The position numbers were made by a program, and so were the translations under genes. From Felis catus (Eukaryota), in the NCBI RefSeq assembly GCF_018350175.1, contig NC_058377.1:101122001-101186000 (forward strand): 64,000 nucleotides of DNA. Reading direction: 5' to 3'. The notes under the pieces were generated by a model that saw only the letters and a list, made by a program, of their open reading frames with translations, made no database searches and had not been told where the DNA came from. Every line of letters starts with the position of its first letter. The first letter of the stretch is position 1. Below, piece after piece: positions 62,830-64,000 of this stretch.

Positions 62830-63534
62830 GGTACCTTTTCTTAAGTTTATTACATACTGCGTGGTTCCTATGAATTAGATTACCAATGTTAAACATTTCT
62901 TTTCCTTCCTTCAGAGGGAAAATCAAGGATAAAAGAGTTCAAGATACGTATCTAGACATTGACTTCTATGTACCAGTCATACTCTGAAGTGTTCTAAATA
63001 CACTGTGAATAAATAATACATATACATTCCATTCTTGAGGTAAAGACAAGAGTTATAAGCATCATAATTAGGTAATATGTTAGTACAATAGAATGGTTAT
63101 GGGCCTATAATTCTAACACCCAGCAAGGAGTGTGGGAATGCTGTGTGGGAGTGAAGAAGAATACCTGGAACAGGAAGAGTTAAAATAACTCCTGTGTCAT
63201 TCTCAACTATCAGAATAAACTTTCCCGTGTCTATGTATCGTGTATATAGGTGAGTTTCTCTGTAAGTATGTTCTTTCTATGTAGCCTACACAGGTTTCTA
63301 TGGGGTGTCTAAAACACAGTTGATTATAGTTTTAGGCAGGTTCAGTGTATTGCCTTAACCTGAAGTCATCAGTCATCTGAATGTGCTCCAATCTCTCCAT
63401 TCCATGAGGGGGGTCTATGTCCTGGTCTTTCCTCATGAGTGCCATTACTTTCACTTAGGAGCCTCAAAAAGTCTATTGACTACACACACTTGGCATTTCA
63501 ACAATCCAGAAGATCAGCACAACACCTAATTATA

Positions 63535-64000
63535 ATTATCATTTGCAATCACACAAGTATAATGAAATATACCTAGAACAAAACCCAGGAAATATGTGCA
63601 GGATCTGAATGCTGAAAAAAATGCTGATTAAGGAAATCAAATAATATCTGAATAAATTTCAGGACACACTGAGTTCATAGATTAGAAAACTCAACCTACT
63701 AAATGTATCAATCCTTCCCAAACAGATCTATAGGTAATACAGCCCAAACAAAATCCCACCAAGGTATTTTATAGATATAGTTGTCTTTACACTAAAACGT
63801 GTATAAAAGATGAAGGACTTAACCTAGCTAAAATACATGTAAAAATGTAGAATAACATAGAAGAAAACATTCCATTTCATGTTAAGTTTTGTCATATAAC
63901 TATAACAATCAAAACTGTGTAGCTTTGGGGGAAGAAAAGACATGTAAAGAAAAGGAACAGAATACAGAACTCAAAAATAGACTTACAAAAAGTGCAACTA
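63535..64000 (+). mobile_element. Ancient L1 ORF2 fragment (paralogous to 54535-54955)
   Basis: Colinear similarity, e.g. aatcacacaagtataatgaaatatac..tgtgcaggatctg.atgctgaaaa. Confidence 0.7.

Noticed and set aside
1-64000. OR cluster enhancer (Greek island / H-element-like)
   Set aside because: HD and O/E motifs were found only in promoter-like positions; I cannot support an enhancer without conservation or chromatin data.

Overview
AT-rich mammalian DNA from a felid (carnivore tRNA-derived CanSINEs, including several near-identical young felid-type copies; carnivore L1s). The window is part of a class II olfactory receptor (OR) cluster of the OR5/OR8 type, with six single-coding-exon ORs: a divergently oriented OR5T pair (OR5T1-like on the minus strand, OR5T2-like on the plus strand), one OR8J2-like gene and three tandem OR8K3-like genes. 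The rest is SINEs, L1 fragments, Tigger/MER DNA transposons, MIRs, microsatellites and four assembly gaps. I see no evidence of a wholly new biological system. The most notable sequence-level observations are: (1) a Tigger1 transposon end supplies the C-terminus and stop codon of one OR8K, which also has a DRY->DHY change and has lost a conserved Cys; (2) paralogous promoter/non-coding first-exon modules (HD + O/E site + donor) can be read 2.5-4.5 kb upstream of five ORs; (3) gene-conversion-like tracts link OR paralogues; (4) a stop-start uORF abuts the OR8J ATG; (5) several C-terminal tails are truncated at the same place; (6) there is a recent 197-bp inverted templated duplication. Orthologue names and repeat family names come from recalled sequences, not database searches. 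Repeat boundaries are approximate.
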